Positions 17,248-25,399 of a stretch of DNA of 32,000 nucleotides are shown in pieces. This DNA is from Candidatus Electrothrix sp. GW3-4. GTDB lineage: Bacteria > Desulfobacterota > Desulfobulbia > Desulfobulbales > Desulfobulbaceae. Under the pieces are notes generated by a model. The model saw only the letters and a list, made by a program, of their open reading frames with translations, was not told where the DNA came from and searched no databases. How positions within the stretch are numbered: position 1 is the stretch's first letter; each line of letters begins with the position of its first letter. The DNA is taken from assembly GCF_037902255.1 (NCBI RefSeq), contig NZ_CP147990.1:1230001-1262000 (forward strand), in the 5' to 3' direction. A program made the translations under genes and the position numbers.

Positions 17248-17976
17248 TTATTTCTTTTTTTGCAGTCGAGTAAATTCTCGTCTGACCTTATCTAAGGGGG
17301 GAGCATCACCATATTGTTCTTTATGATAGGGCACCCCAGAAAGGAGAGGCCACAGCTGAGATTGTTCATCAGTCGGAATTGATGAGGGGCGGAATTCTTT
17401 CATGCTTACTCTGAACCCTTGCCACTCCAGCATCGCCAAGACCGCCTCATCACCAGTCAGGTCCCCTTGCTCTGCATCAATGAGGTAACCTTTGCGGAAA
17501 AAGAAACTGCCGTGTTGCTTATCAACATCAATGACCTTTAAGTGAACAGTTTTTTTCTCCATCGCAATAAGCTGGAGAAAGATATCCAACTGTGGCCCTC
17601 CGTTACGATTATGATAAAAATCAAGGGCGTTATTGATCGCCTGTTCGAGCGTTTCGAAATCTAGAGGTTTTTCCAGAAGATACATCGTTCCTGCCTTTTT
17701 GAGTTGTTGTTCCAGGCAGGAGGTTCCAAAAGCAGTCATAACAATGCTGGGAATCTCTGGAAAGGACTGAGTCATGGCCGCAAGAAGGTCTATTCCGTCC
17801 ATCTTAGGCATTCTGAGATCTGTGACGACAAGATCGATAATATTATTTTCGAGAATATCGAGTGCATCCATGCCATTATCTGCTGTCAAGAGCTGGAAAT
17901 GACCATTATTTTTAAAGCCAGCACGGATACTGAGAAGGAGTTCCGGCTCGTCATCAACAATGACTACTTGTTTCAT
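17248..17976 (-). CDS. Response regulator: REC - DUF4388 (tandem paralog of 16076-17206, no Roadblock domain)
   Basis: 242 aa. It is collinear with the downstream paralog through REC and DUF4388. REC identity is roughly two-thirds by eye; the DUF4388 part is clearly more diverged. Phospho-acceptor context DLVVTDLRMPKMDG. Confidence 0.75.
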   Translation of the reverse strand: MKQVVIVDDEPELLLSIRAGFKNNGHFQLLTADNGMDALDILENNIIDLVVTDLRMPKMDGIDLLAAMTQSFPEIPSIVMTAFGTSCLEQQLKKAGTMYLLEKPLDFETLEQAINNALDFYHNRNGGPQLDIFLQLIAMEKKTVHLKVIDVDKQHGSFFFRKGYLIDAEQGDLTGDEAVLAMLEWQGFRVSMKEFRPSSIPTDEQSQLWPLLSGVPYHKEQYGDAPPLDKVRREFTRLQKKK

Positions 17977-18446
17977 AAATCCCCTTTTGGTTGTTCTCTT
18001 GCGGCATCAACGATAAAAGGCCTCGCGTTTGCTTGCAGAAAGATATCAGTATTATACTTCTTATAATATAGTTGTGATACAATATAACGTTCATCCCGTC
18101 CCAGCGGGCCGGGACAATAAAGCATGAAAGATGGGGATCCTGGTCCCCTTCGTTAACCACTTTCATATAAAAAGGCAGTAGTTAGGCATGTATTTTTCTC
18201 CAGTTCCTGTTGCGCGTTGGGAGGCGAATAAATCTTGTTTCTCAGAACATTCCATGTTAGCAATAACAGTGTCTGAAAGAAACAAAAAAATGTGTTGTCA
18301 GTCCAGTTAGATGACCTTTGGGATACCAGAGGTTGCCAGGTGTTGAGCTACATTTTGGCTGGTGCAAATATTTCAAGTAGATGTTTCTTGGTGAATAAGC
18401 ATTGCTGGCAGGCCATTATTGATCCTCTCCTTTTTTCGCATAAGCT

Positions 18447-20498
18447 ATGAAAACTGAAAAGGTTTGTATACTCCTTGTTGATGATGACCCGCTGATTTTA
18501 GCTATTCTGCGCTATATTCTTGAGCATGAACAGTATACGGTGCTGGATGCACAAAACGGTCGTTGTGGGTTGCAACTTGCGGAAGAGGAGCAACCTGATC
18601 TTATCTTGCTTGATATTAATCTTCCAGATATTAATGGATTTTCTGTATGTAAGCAGCTGAAAGAGAATAAGAAAACGAAGGGTGTCCCTGTTATTTTTCT
18701 CACCGCTACCGGCATGGAAGGGCACGAGTATAGAGGGTTTGAAGAAGGGGCTGTAGATTTTCTGCGCAAGCCGGTGAATAAGGCCCAACTCTGCGCCCGG
18801 GTCAATAATGCCTTGGATATGCAAGCTGCTCGGCAGAAACTGGAACAGCAAACCCTGGACCTGGAGCGGGCAAACGCGTTGCTCAAAGAGGCCTTAGCGA
18901 GTCAACAGCGAACAAGCTGTAACTTAGTGCAGAGGGATCATATCCTCAGTTCCGTGAATTATGTGGCAAAATCGTTTTTAAAGACAGATAATTGGGAAGA
19001 GATTATAAAAAATGTACTTAAGTACTTAGGCGAGAACATAGACAGTGAACATGTTTACCTGAAAACCTTTGAGCCACAGATCGCGCAGCGACGCCATTAT
19101 ACCTGGTATAAAACCAATAACACGATTACCTGCTCAAGTATTGATTTGCTGGCAATGTGGAGGCCGCCCATCGAATTATTGTCTGGGGGGGCGATAAGCG
19201 GGCCTGACGCTCATGTGCCTCATTTCCTCTGGGGGGAGTTTGAGAATAATAACATCCGTACCTATCTTATCCTGCCTATCTACGTCTATAAACAGCTCTG
19301 GGGCTGTATTGGTTTCGATTGCAGTCTTGCCGGGCGATCCTGGGCTGAACCGCTTGTTGAGGCGATGAAGACCTCTTCCGATATCATAGGAACCGCAATT
19401 CAGCGAACCTTTGAGTCCAGGGAACGTACTCGGCTGGCCGCAGCAATCAATGAGTTTGCTGACTGTGTGCTTATGACGGACAAGGTCGGGACGATATTTT
19501 ATGCCAATCCCGCCAGTACACAGATTACCGGTTATCTTCCTGAAGAGTTGGTTGGCTTGAAGTTGAGTCAGGTCCAGCATGATGAGCAGAATCGCTTTGA
19601 CTGTCGTGAGGTCCTGAACGCGGTGGCAGGAGGGGCAGAATGGCATGGCGAGATCAAGAATCGTCATAAAGATGGGACATTTTACGACGAGTCTGTAGCG
19701 ATTATTTCGGTAAAAGGAAAGTTGAACAGGGTCAATAGTTTTTGTGTTATCAAGCACGATCAGACAGAGAAAAAGCGGCTTGAATCCATAGCTGAAGCGG
19801 CCAATTTGATGGATAATGTTGGTTTTGTTTTTTCTGGAATCAGGCATGAGTTGGGTAATCCCTTGAACTCGTTAAAGATGGCGATCAGTGTCTTGCTCAG
19901 ACAATTAGGAGATCTTCCTCTGGATAAGATTAAGGAGTTCCTGGATCGCTCTATGGGCGAAATTAAACGGATGGAGTATCTTCTCTATTCGTTGAAGAAT
20001 TTTAACATTCTGGAAGAACAGAAACTTGTCCTGACAGACCTTGCCGCCTTTTTGGAGAATTTTAAGCGGGTTCATGAAAAAGATCTGCTGGGAAATGGTG
20101 TAAAGATGGAGCTGCATATCAAGACGAATGCCCGTGGTCTTGTTGATGAACGGGTCTTGCATCAAGTCTTCCTGAATCTGTTGACGAATGCGGTCAATGC
20201 CCTCCAACATACCTTAGCACCGCTTATATCTATCCATCTTTTGCGAAAAGATGACCAATTTGTCCAGATGATTTTTCAGGATAACGGTTGCGGGATTTCC
20301 GAGCAGGTGAGGAAGCAGCTTTTTAAACCGTTTTTTACCACCCGGGCCAAAGGAACCGGCTTGGGCTTGACCATTGTTAAAAAAATGCTCACTTCGATGA
20401 GCTGTACTGTGAGTATAGAAGGGAAAGTGGGCAAGGGGACCCGTATCATTATCACCTTACCAACGGAAAAGAGCGCCTCCCCAAGAGCTAAAAGATAA
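18447..20498 (+). CDS. Hybrid signalling protein: REC - coiled coil - GAF-like - PAS - HisKA - HATPase_c histidine kinase
   Basis: 683 aa. REC: ILLVDDDPLIL...DLILLDINLPDINGF...FLRKP. GAF-like: YLILPIYVYKQLWGCIGFDC. PAS: CVLMTDKVGTIFYANPASTQITGYLPEELVG...WHGEIKNRHKDGTFY. H-box: FSGIRHELGNPLNSL. N/G boxes: LLTNAVNAL, FQDNGCGI, GTGLGLTIV. Confidence 0.85.
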   Translation: MKTEKVCILLVDDDPLILAILRYILEHEQYTVLDAQNGRCGLQLAEEEQPDLILLDINLPDINGFSVCKQLKENKKTKGVPVIFLTATGMEGHEYRGFEEGAVDFLRKPVNKAQLCARVNNALDMQAARQKLEQQTLDLERANALLKEALASQQRTSCNLVQRDHILSSVNYVAKSFLKTDNWEEIIKNVLKYLGENIDSEHVYLKTFEPQIAQRRHYTWYKTNNTITCSSIDLLAMWRPPIELLSGGAISGPDAHVPHFLWGEFENNNIRTYLILPIYVYKQLWGCIGFDCSLAGRSWAEPLVEAMKTSSDIIGTAIQRTFESRERTRLAAAINEFADCVLMTDKVGTIFYANPASTQITGYLPEELVGLKLSQVQHDEQNRFDCREVLNAVAGGAEWHGEIKNRHKDGTFYDESVAIISVKGKLNRVNSFCVIKHDQTEKKRLESIAEAANLMDNVGFVFSGIRHELGNPLNSLKMAISVLLRQLGDLPLDKIKEFLDRSMGEIKRMEYLLYSLKNFNILEEQKLVLTDLAAFLENFKRVHEKDLLGNGVKMELHIKTNARGLVDERVLHQVFLNLLTNAVNALQHTLAPLISIHLLRKDDQFVQMIFQDNGCGISEQVRKQLFKPFFTTRAKGTGLGLTIVKKMLTSMSCTVSIEGKVGKGTRIIITLPTEKSASPRAKR

Positions 20499-20649
20499 AA
20501 ATAAACCTGATCGTTTTTTTTGTTGGGAAAACCGCATGGTTTCTTTTATGCTTTCATGAGTTATGAGACTGTCCCGATTCCTCAGGGCTGACTATACAGA
20601 GAGCACAGAGAATAAATTGAAGAGATTAACATTTAACCTGATGTAAGCC

Positions 20650-21324
20650 ATGTCTTTTGAAGCTAGTTCAACCTGTTATGAGCGTTTGAATAATATCGTG
20701 ATTTCACTTGGGATGGAGGTCTCTGATTCCATTCTTTCCGCGTTACGCAACGAAGTTGAAGCTTGCCGCCAGGAACAGAGGAAAGATCTCGCTATTGTTG
20801 GCCCGGTTCTCTTAGGAATTGATGCTGTGATCCGACATATTGACGAAATAAGAGCGCTTGCCGACGCCCGTGCCTTTCATTTGTTGAATGAACTTATGCA
20901 GGCCTATCGTATGATTACGGAGGAATGCCAGGAGCCGCAAAAGGCCTGGGCCGTGGCATCGGAGGCCCTGGATAAGGTGCTTGCCTGGCAGCATAGTTGT
21001 ATCCAGGAAAGCCAGGAAAAGGTGCAGAACGCAAGCTCTGTTGCCCCGGCCCTGAGCGAATCTCCGACCTTTGACATGAAGGGCCTGCTTGGTGCTGTGC
21101 GGCAGGAAATTGCTGCAACCGGCATGATGGCCATCCGGGAATCTGCTGCATTACTGGAGCTTGTTCATGTCCAAAAAGAGTCTGCAGGTTCTGCTGATCC
21201 TGAGGAAAGTAAAGAGAAAGATGGCGACGCATTCAGTTCTGTTGTCCGGGAAAACATCTCCTCTTTGCAGCAGACGCTTCATCAGGAGATGGGGCGACTG
21301 CGCCATGATTTTATTGGGGACTAA
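20650..21324 (+). CDS. Hypothetical protein, predicted all-helical, no recognised domain
   Basis: 224-aa ORF with coding-like composition and no competing ORF. No SD upstream of ATG 20650, so the start is uncertain. I recognise no family signature. Confidence 0.45.
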   Translation: MSFEASSTCYERLNNIVISLGMEVSDSILSALRNEVEACRQEQRKDLAIVGPVLLGIDAVIRHIDEIRALADARAFHLLNELMQAYRMITEECQEPQKAWAVASEALDKVLAWQHSCIQESQEKVQNASSVAPALSESPTFDMKGLLGAVRQEIAATGMMAIRESAALLELVHVQKESAGSADPEESKEKDGDAFSSVVRENISSLQQTLHQEMGRLRHDFIGD

Positions 21325-21347
21325 TTTTTCCTCTTTCCTGTTTTTTT

Positions 21348-21446
21348 TATATGAAAATGACGGGTGACTCGGACGAGTTATCTGTTACTTTTCATGCTGT
21401 TGTTGTGAGCGCAAGCTCATGGTCGTTATATGAAAGTGCCGGGTGA
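21348..21446. repeat. Imperfect 20-nt direct repeat, two copies 79 nt apart
   Basis: TATATGAAAATGACGGGTGA (21348-21367) versus TATATGAAAGTGCCGGGTGA (21427-21446), 18/20 identical. Located in the 281-nt gap between the orphan gene and rlmL. Confidence 0.6.
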
Positions 21447-21482
21447 AGCATTCAAGTCGCTCGACCAACTTTCATCCTTTGT

Positions 21483-21512
21483 TCTCCCAGCCCGTTGGGA
21501 TGGGAGTTTATT
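21483..21512 (+). terminator. Candidate Rho-independent terminator or 3' end of a small transcript
   Basis: CTCCCA(GCCC gtt GGGA)TGGGAG gives a 6-bp outer and 3-bp inner stem. It is immediately followed by TTTATTT. It lies ~160 nt downstream of the stop at 21324. Confidence 0.35.
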
Positions 21513-21605
21513 TCAAGCTTCTTGAACTTTTTAATATGTCTGGCTGTCTGCTTTTGTTAGGAGCAAGCCGGTTTCGTTTCTTAACGAGGTTGTTATACTA
21601 ATTTT

Positions 21606-23852
21606 ATGCATGCTCATCGAATTTCCGGTCGCTCAGTTCGATCTAAAAGAAGGCGGAACACAAAAGAACCGTATTGCTTTGTTGCCACCTGCGCCGCAGG
21701 CCTTGAAAATCTGGTTCAAGAGGAAATTTCTTCGTTGGGCGGAAATGAGCCGATAACTGTACCTGGTGCAGTTACCTGGCAGGCAACCTCTTTAAAAACC
21801 GCCTACCTTGCCTGCCTCTGGTCCAGGTTCAGTTCACGCATCCTCCTGCGCTTGACCCAGTTTGAGGCACCGACACCAGAGGAACTCTATGCAGGGGCCA
21901 GTAAGATTGACTGGAGCAGGCATTTTAATGGTGATACCAGTTTTGCTGTCTATTGCACCCTGGTCAAATCTGAGCTGAACCATAGCCATTACGCTTCCCT
22001 GAAGATCAAGGATGCTATCGTGGATCAATTCCGCAACCGAACAGGCGAACGACCTGATGTGGATGTCCGTACGCCTGGTCTTCGCCTGAACCTGCACGTG
22101 GAAGGCACAACAGCGACCCTGTCCCTGGATCTGTCCGGGGATAGCCTGCATCGACGGGGATACAGATCCGGGGCTGGTGAGGCGCCACTGAAAGAGACCT
22201 TGGCAGCAGCCATTGCCCATCTTTCCGGGGTTCAGGTCGGTATGTCCTCTGCGACCTGTCTGTTAGATCCCATGTGCGGCTCCGCTACCCTCCTTATTGA
22301 GGCAGCCCTGATCATTGGTGATTCGGCACCAGGATTGTTGCGGAATAACTTCGGCTTTCAGCACTGGTTAGGGCATAATGAAAAAATGTGGCAGGCCTTA
22401 GTCGATGAGGCAGTGCAGCGGGAAGATCAGCATGCTGACACGCCCTGGCCGATGATTATCGGTTATGATGCAGATCCGCAAGTTGTGGCTGTTGCCCGCA
22501 AAAATATCACTAATGCCGGGCTGGGGGATCGCATTACGATCAAACAGCGGCAGCTTGCCCGCCTTCAGCCTCCAGCCGCTGAGGGGCTTCTGTTGACCAA
22601 TCCTCCCTACGGAGAGCGCCTGTCCGAAAAGGAGGCGGTGAAATACCTGTACCGCGCCTTGGGCCGAGTTTTTCGCCAGCATTTTTCCGGTTGGCAGTTG
22701 GGTTTTTTCACGGCTAATCCTGATCTTGCTGATATGGTTGGGGTGCGTTGGCAGGGGCGTTATCGCTTGTACAACGGCCCTCTGAAATGTCGTTTGCTCA
22801 CAGCGAGTTCTCCTGGTCCTGCTGAGGTGATCGACAAGGCAACTCAGCTGTCCCTTCAGGAAAACGATCCTGAGTTACCAGCGGAAGATTTTGCCCATCG
22901 GCTGAGCAAGAATTGCCAGCGGCTTTTTCCTTGGGCAAAAGAGAATAATATTACTTGTTTTCGGGTGTATGACGCCGATATTCCAGAGTACAACCTGGCG
23001 GTTGATCTGTACGAACAATGGGTCCATGTGCAGGAGTACGAACCACCAGCAACAGTATCTCCAGAAAAAGCAGAAGAGCGATTTAACCAGGCCCTCCAGG
23101 TGATCCGCCATCTGCTCGGCGTTCCTCATTCCCAGCTTTTTATCAAAAAACGGCGAAAACAGCGGGGGACGGAGCAGTATCAGAAACGATCTGGAGCAGC
23201 AGATAAAACAGGGAAAGCCGGAAAGACAGGGAAATTGTATGAGGTCCATGAGGGCGGTAATTGTTTTCTGGTGAATTTTACCGATTATCTGGATACAGGG
23301 TTATTTCTGGATCATCGTAAGACCCGAGCCATGCTGGCTGAACTTACCGATGGAAAGACCTTTCTCAATCTTTTTGCCTACACTGGTTCGGCAACAGTTT
23401 ATGCCGCACAAGGCGGTGCTGTTTCCACCCGGACAGTGGATCTCTCGGAAAAATATCTCATCCGGGCACAGGCCAACCTCGCGTTGAACGGGTTCGGCGG
23501 GGCTCTGCATCAATTCAGCGAAGCAGACTGTCTGCAATGGCTCAAATCCTGTCGGGACAGGTACGGAGTGATCTTTGTTGATCCTCCGACCTTTTCCAAT
23601 TCCCGGCATAAAAAGATTGTTTTTGATGTGCAGCAGGATCATCCTGAATTGCTCCGGCTTGCCATGAATCTGCTGACGCGGGACGGCGTGTTGGTTTTTT
23701 CCACAAATTTCAGAAAGTTTCAGCTGGATACCGAGTTGGAGGAAGAGTTTGTTGTCAGAGAGATAACAGACCTGACCTTGCCGGAAGACTTTCAAGGAAA
23801 AGGTAACATTCATCGTTGTTGGCGGTTCAGACACCATAGCGAGGAGGAGTAA
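21606..23852 (+). CDS. rlmL: Bifunctional 23S rRNA (guanine2445-N2 / guanine2069-N7) methyltransferase RlmL/RlmKL
   Basis: 748 aa, collinear with E. coli RlmKL. THUMP region, DPMCGSATLLIEAA, LLLTNPPYGERL, and a C-terminal RlmK half (CFRVYDADIPEYNLAVDLY, YLDTGLFLDHR, FLNLFAYTGSATV, IFVDPPTFSNS). The N-terminal ~25 residues are extra relative to E. coli, so the start is uncertain. Confidence 0.9.
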   Translation: MHAHRISGRSVRSKRRRNTKEPYCFVATCAAGLENLVQEEISSLGGNEPITVPGAVTWQATSLKTAYLACLWSRFSSRILLRLTQFEAPTPEELYAGASKIDWSRHFNGDTSFAVYCTLVKSELNHSHYASLKIKDAIVDQFRNRTGERPDVDVRTPGLRLNLHVEGTTATLSLDLSGDSLHRRGYRSGAGEAPLKETLAAAIAHLSGVQVGMSSATCLLDPMCGSATLLIEAALIIGDSAPGLLRNNFGFQHWLGHNEKMWQALVDEAVQREDQHADTPWPMIIGYDADPQVVAVARKNITNAGLGDRITIKQRQLARLQPPAAEGLLLTNPPYGERLSEKEAVKYLYRALGRVFRQHFSGWQLGFFTANPDLADMVGVRWQGRYRLYNGPLKCRLLTASSPGPAEVIDKATQLSLQENDPELPAEDFAHRLSKNCQRLFPWAKENNITCFRVYDADIPEYNLAVDLYEQWVHVQEYEPPATVSPEKAEERFNQALQVIRHLLGVPHSQLFIKKRRKQRGTEQYQKRSGAADKTGKAGKTGKLYEVHEGGNCFLVNFTDYLDTGLFLDHRKTRAMLAELTDGKTFLNLFAYTGSATVYAAQGGAVSTRTVDLSEKYLIRAQANLALNGFGGALHQFSEADCLQWLKSCRDRYGVIFVDPPTFSNSRHKKIVFDVQQDHPELLRLAMNLLTRDGVLVFSTNFRKFQLDTELEEEFVVREITDLTLPEDFQGKGNIHRCWRFRHHSEEE

Positions 23853-24379
23853 TGTATACTCCGGGAGAGGAAATCGTTCAGATTGTGGATGAACATAACA
23901 GAGAGCTGGGTGCGCTGCCCCGACGCTTGATGCGTGAGCAATGTCTTATTCACAGGGCGAGCTATATCCTGGTCTTTAATGCTGCCGGAGAGCTCTTTGT
24001 GCAAAAACGCACCGCAACCAAGGATGTTTATCCCGGTTACTGGGATGTGGCAGCTGGTGGGGTTGTCCTGGCCGGAGAAACCTATGAGCAATCAGCGGAA
24101 CGGGAGCTGAAAGAAGAGTTAGGGGTGGGGCCAGTCAAGCTCAATTTCCTTTTTGACCAATATTATGAGGACCAGGAAAATCGGGTTTGGGGGCGCATTT
24201 TTACCTGCGTTCATGACGGACCGTTTGTCTTACAAGCGGAAGAAGTGGAGTGCGGTCGCTTTATGTTGCCACGCATTGCTCTTGATTACAGTAAATCAGA
24301 ACCGGTTACGCCGGATGGCATTCTGTTATTGCAGAAATTTCTTACCCAAGAGGAGGCTGTTGCAGCGGTAACAGAGTAA
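23852..24379 (+). CDS. Nudix hydrolase, YfcD-like
   Basis: 175 aa with Nudix box GGVVLAGETYEQSAERELKEELGV. Overall collinear with E. coli YfcD (CLIHRASYILV...LFVQKRT..KD..PG..D..AGG, VWGRIFTCVHDGPF.LQ..EV). TAATG stop/start overlap with rlmL. Confidence 0.85.
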   Translation: MYTPGEEIVQIVDEHNRELGALPRRLMREQCLIHRASYILVFNAAGELFVQKRTATKDVYPGYWDVAAGGVVLAGETYEQSAERELKEELGVGPVKLNFLFDQYYEDQENRVWGRIFTCVHDGPFVLQAEEVECGRFMLPRIALDYSKSEPVTPDGILLLQKFLTQEEAVAAVTE

Positions 24380-24482
24380 GTCTGTTGTGCCTCTTTTTTT
24401 ATTGACCTTTCAGTGGACACCAGGTTGAACAAACCTGTATAAAGAAGAAAAGAGGATATACGGAAAAATAACGAGGTGCTGC

Positions 24483-25385
24483 GTGGGGAGAATAAGTATT
24501 CCGCTCAAATTTCTTGGGGTCTTTACGCTGACGATGCTGCTGACCGCCGGAGCCTTTATGACTACGCTGTCTTCCTTGCGGACCTACACTGCTCGCCATG
24601 AGGCCGGTGCGGTGGCAGATCAGGTTATTGCCTTCCGAACCTGGGTTGCTCAAACCGGCATGGTCTGGGTCCAGAAATTGGTCCCAGGTTATCATGATTT
24701 TCTCACCCAAGAAAATGCCGCTGATGGGGGGAACTTTTATGGGAAAAACCCAGCCCTCGCCACCCGTGAGTTGTCCATGATCGCCAATAAGGAGGCGACC
24801 CGCGCTATCTTTCGGGTCACCAGTGACGACTATCGGCATGAGGATAACATGCCGGATGGTTTTGAGACCTCGGCCATCAGGGCGTTCAGAGAAGATAAGC
24901 AGCTTGAATTTGTTGAGCGATATGAGGATGGAACATACCGGTACGCCCGTCCCATTCTGGTGCAGCTGGAATGTCTGAAATGCCACGGTGATCCAGAGGA
25001 CGCGCCGCCCAGTGTTATCGAAAAATACGGGGCAGAAAAGGCCTTTGGTTATAAGGTCGGCGAGGTGCGCGGTATTGTCAGTGTGAGTTTGCCTGCTGTC
25101 GGGGGTCGGGAGGTCATCCGGTCGTTGATAAATCCGTGGACCGTGTTCTTTGTGTTGGTTATTTTTGTCATCAATCTCCTCTTTATTCACTCAGTGGTTA
25201 TTCGTTTGGTCCGGCTGACCAGAAGTGCTGAGGCCATCGCCGCAGGCAAACTTGAGACCGAATTGATCTATACCAATCCCTCTGAATCCAATGATGAATT
25301 GGATCATCTCTATCATGCGACAAATCTCTTGAAACGAAGTCTGATTATTCTCTTTAAGCGGCTTGACCAGCAGGGGAGACGGTAA
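24483..25385 (+). CDS. Membrane sensor: DUF3365 (Tll0287-like, c-type heme CxxCH) periplasmic domain - TM - HAMP, no output domain
   Basis: 300 aa. GTG start with GAGG upstream. An N-terminal TM helix is followed by a DUF3365-like region containing ECLKCHGD (CxxCH heme-c attachment motif). A second TM (WTVFFVLVIFVINLLFIHSVVI) and a HAMP-like segment follow. The protein ends ~40 aa after HAMP. Confidence 0.65.
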   Translation: MGRISIPLKFLGVFTLTMLLTAGAFMTTLSSLRTYTARHEAGAVADQVIAFRTWVAQTGMVWVQKLVPGYHDFLTQENAADGGNFYGKNPALATRELSMIANKEATRAIFRVTSDDYRHEDNMPDGFETSAIRAFREDKQLEFVERYEDGTYRYARPILVQLECLKCHGDPEDAPPSVIEKYGAEKAFGYKVGEVRGIVSVSLPAVGGREVIRSLINPWTVFFVLVIFVINLLFIHSVVIRLVRLTRSAEAIAAGKLETELIYTNPSESNDELDHLYHATNLLKRSLIILFKRLDQQGRR

Positions 25386-25399
25386 GAAGGAAGAAGCAA

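Noticed and set aside
18380-18446. Sigma-54-like TGGC elements upstream of the REC-GAF-PAS kinase (TTGGCTGGTGCAAAT, CTGGCAGGCCATTATTGA)
   Set aside because: The GG-N10-GC spacing and the TTGC -12 element are not satisfied. No enhancer-binding protein is encoded nearby.
20527-20550. Hairpin AAACC gcat GGTTT followed by a T-run, downstream of the kinase gene
   Set aside because: The stem is only 5 A/T-rich base pairs, so it is too unstable to call a terminator with any confidence.
24353-24400. GAGGC...GCCTC stem with an inner CTGTT/AACAG hairpin followed by T7, after the Nudix gene
   Set aside because: The outer stem is 5 bp with a 31-nt loop, and half of it lies inside the coding region. This is not a convincing intrinsic terminator.
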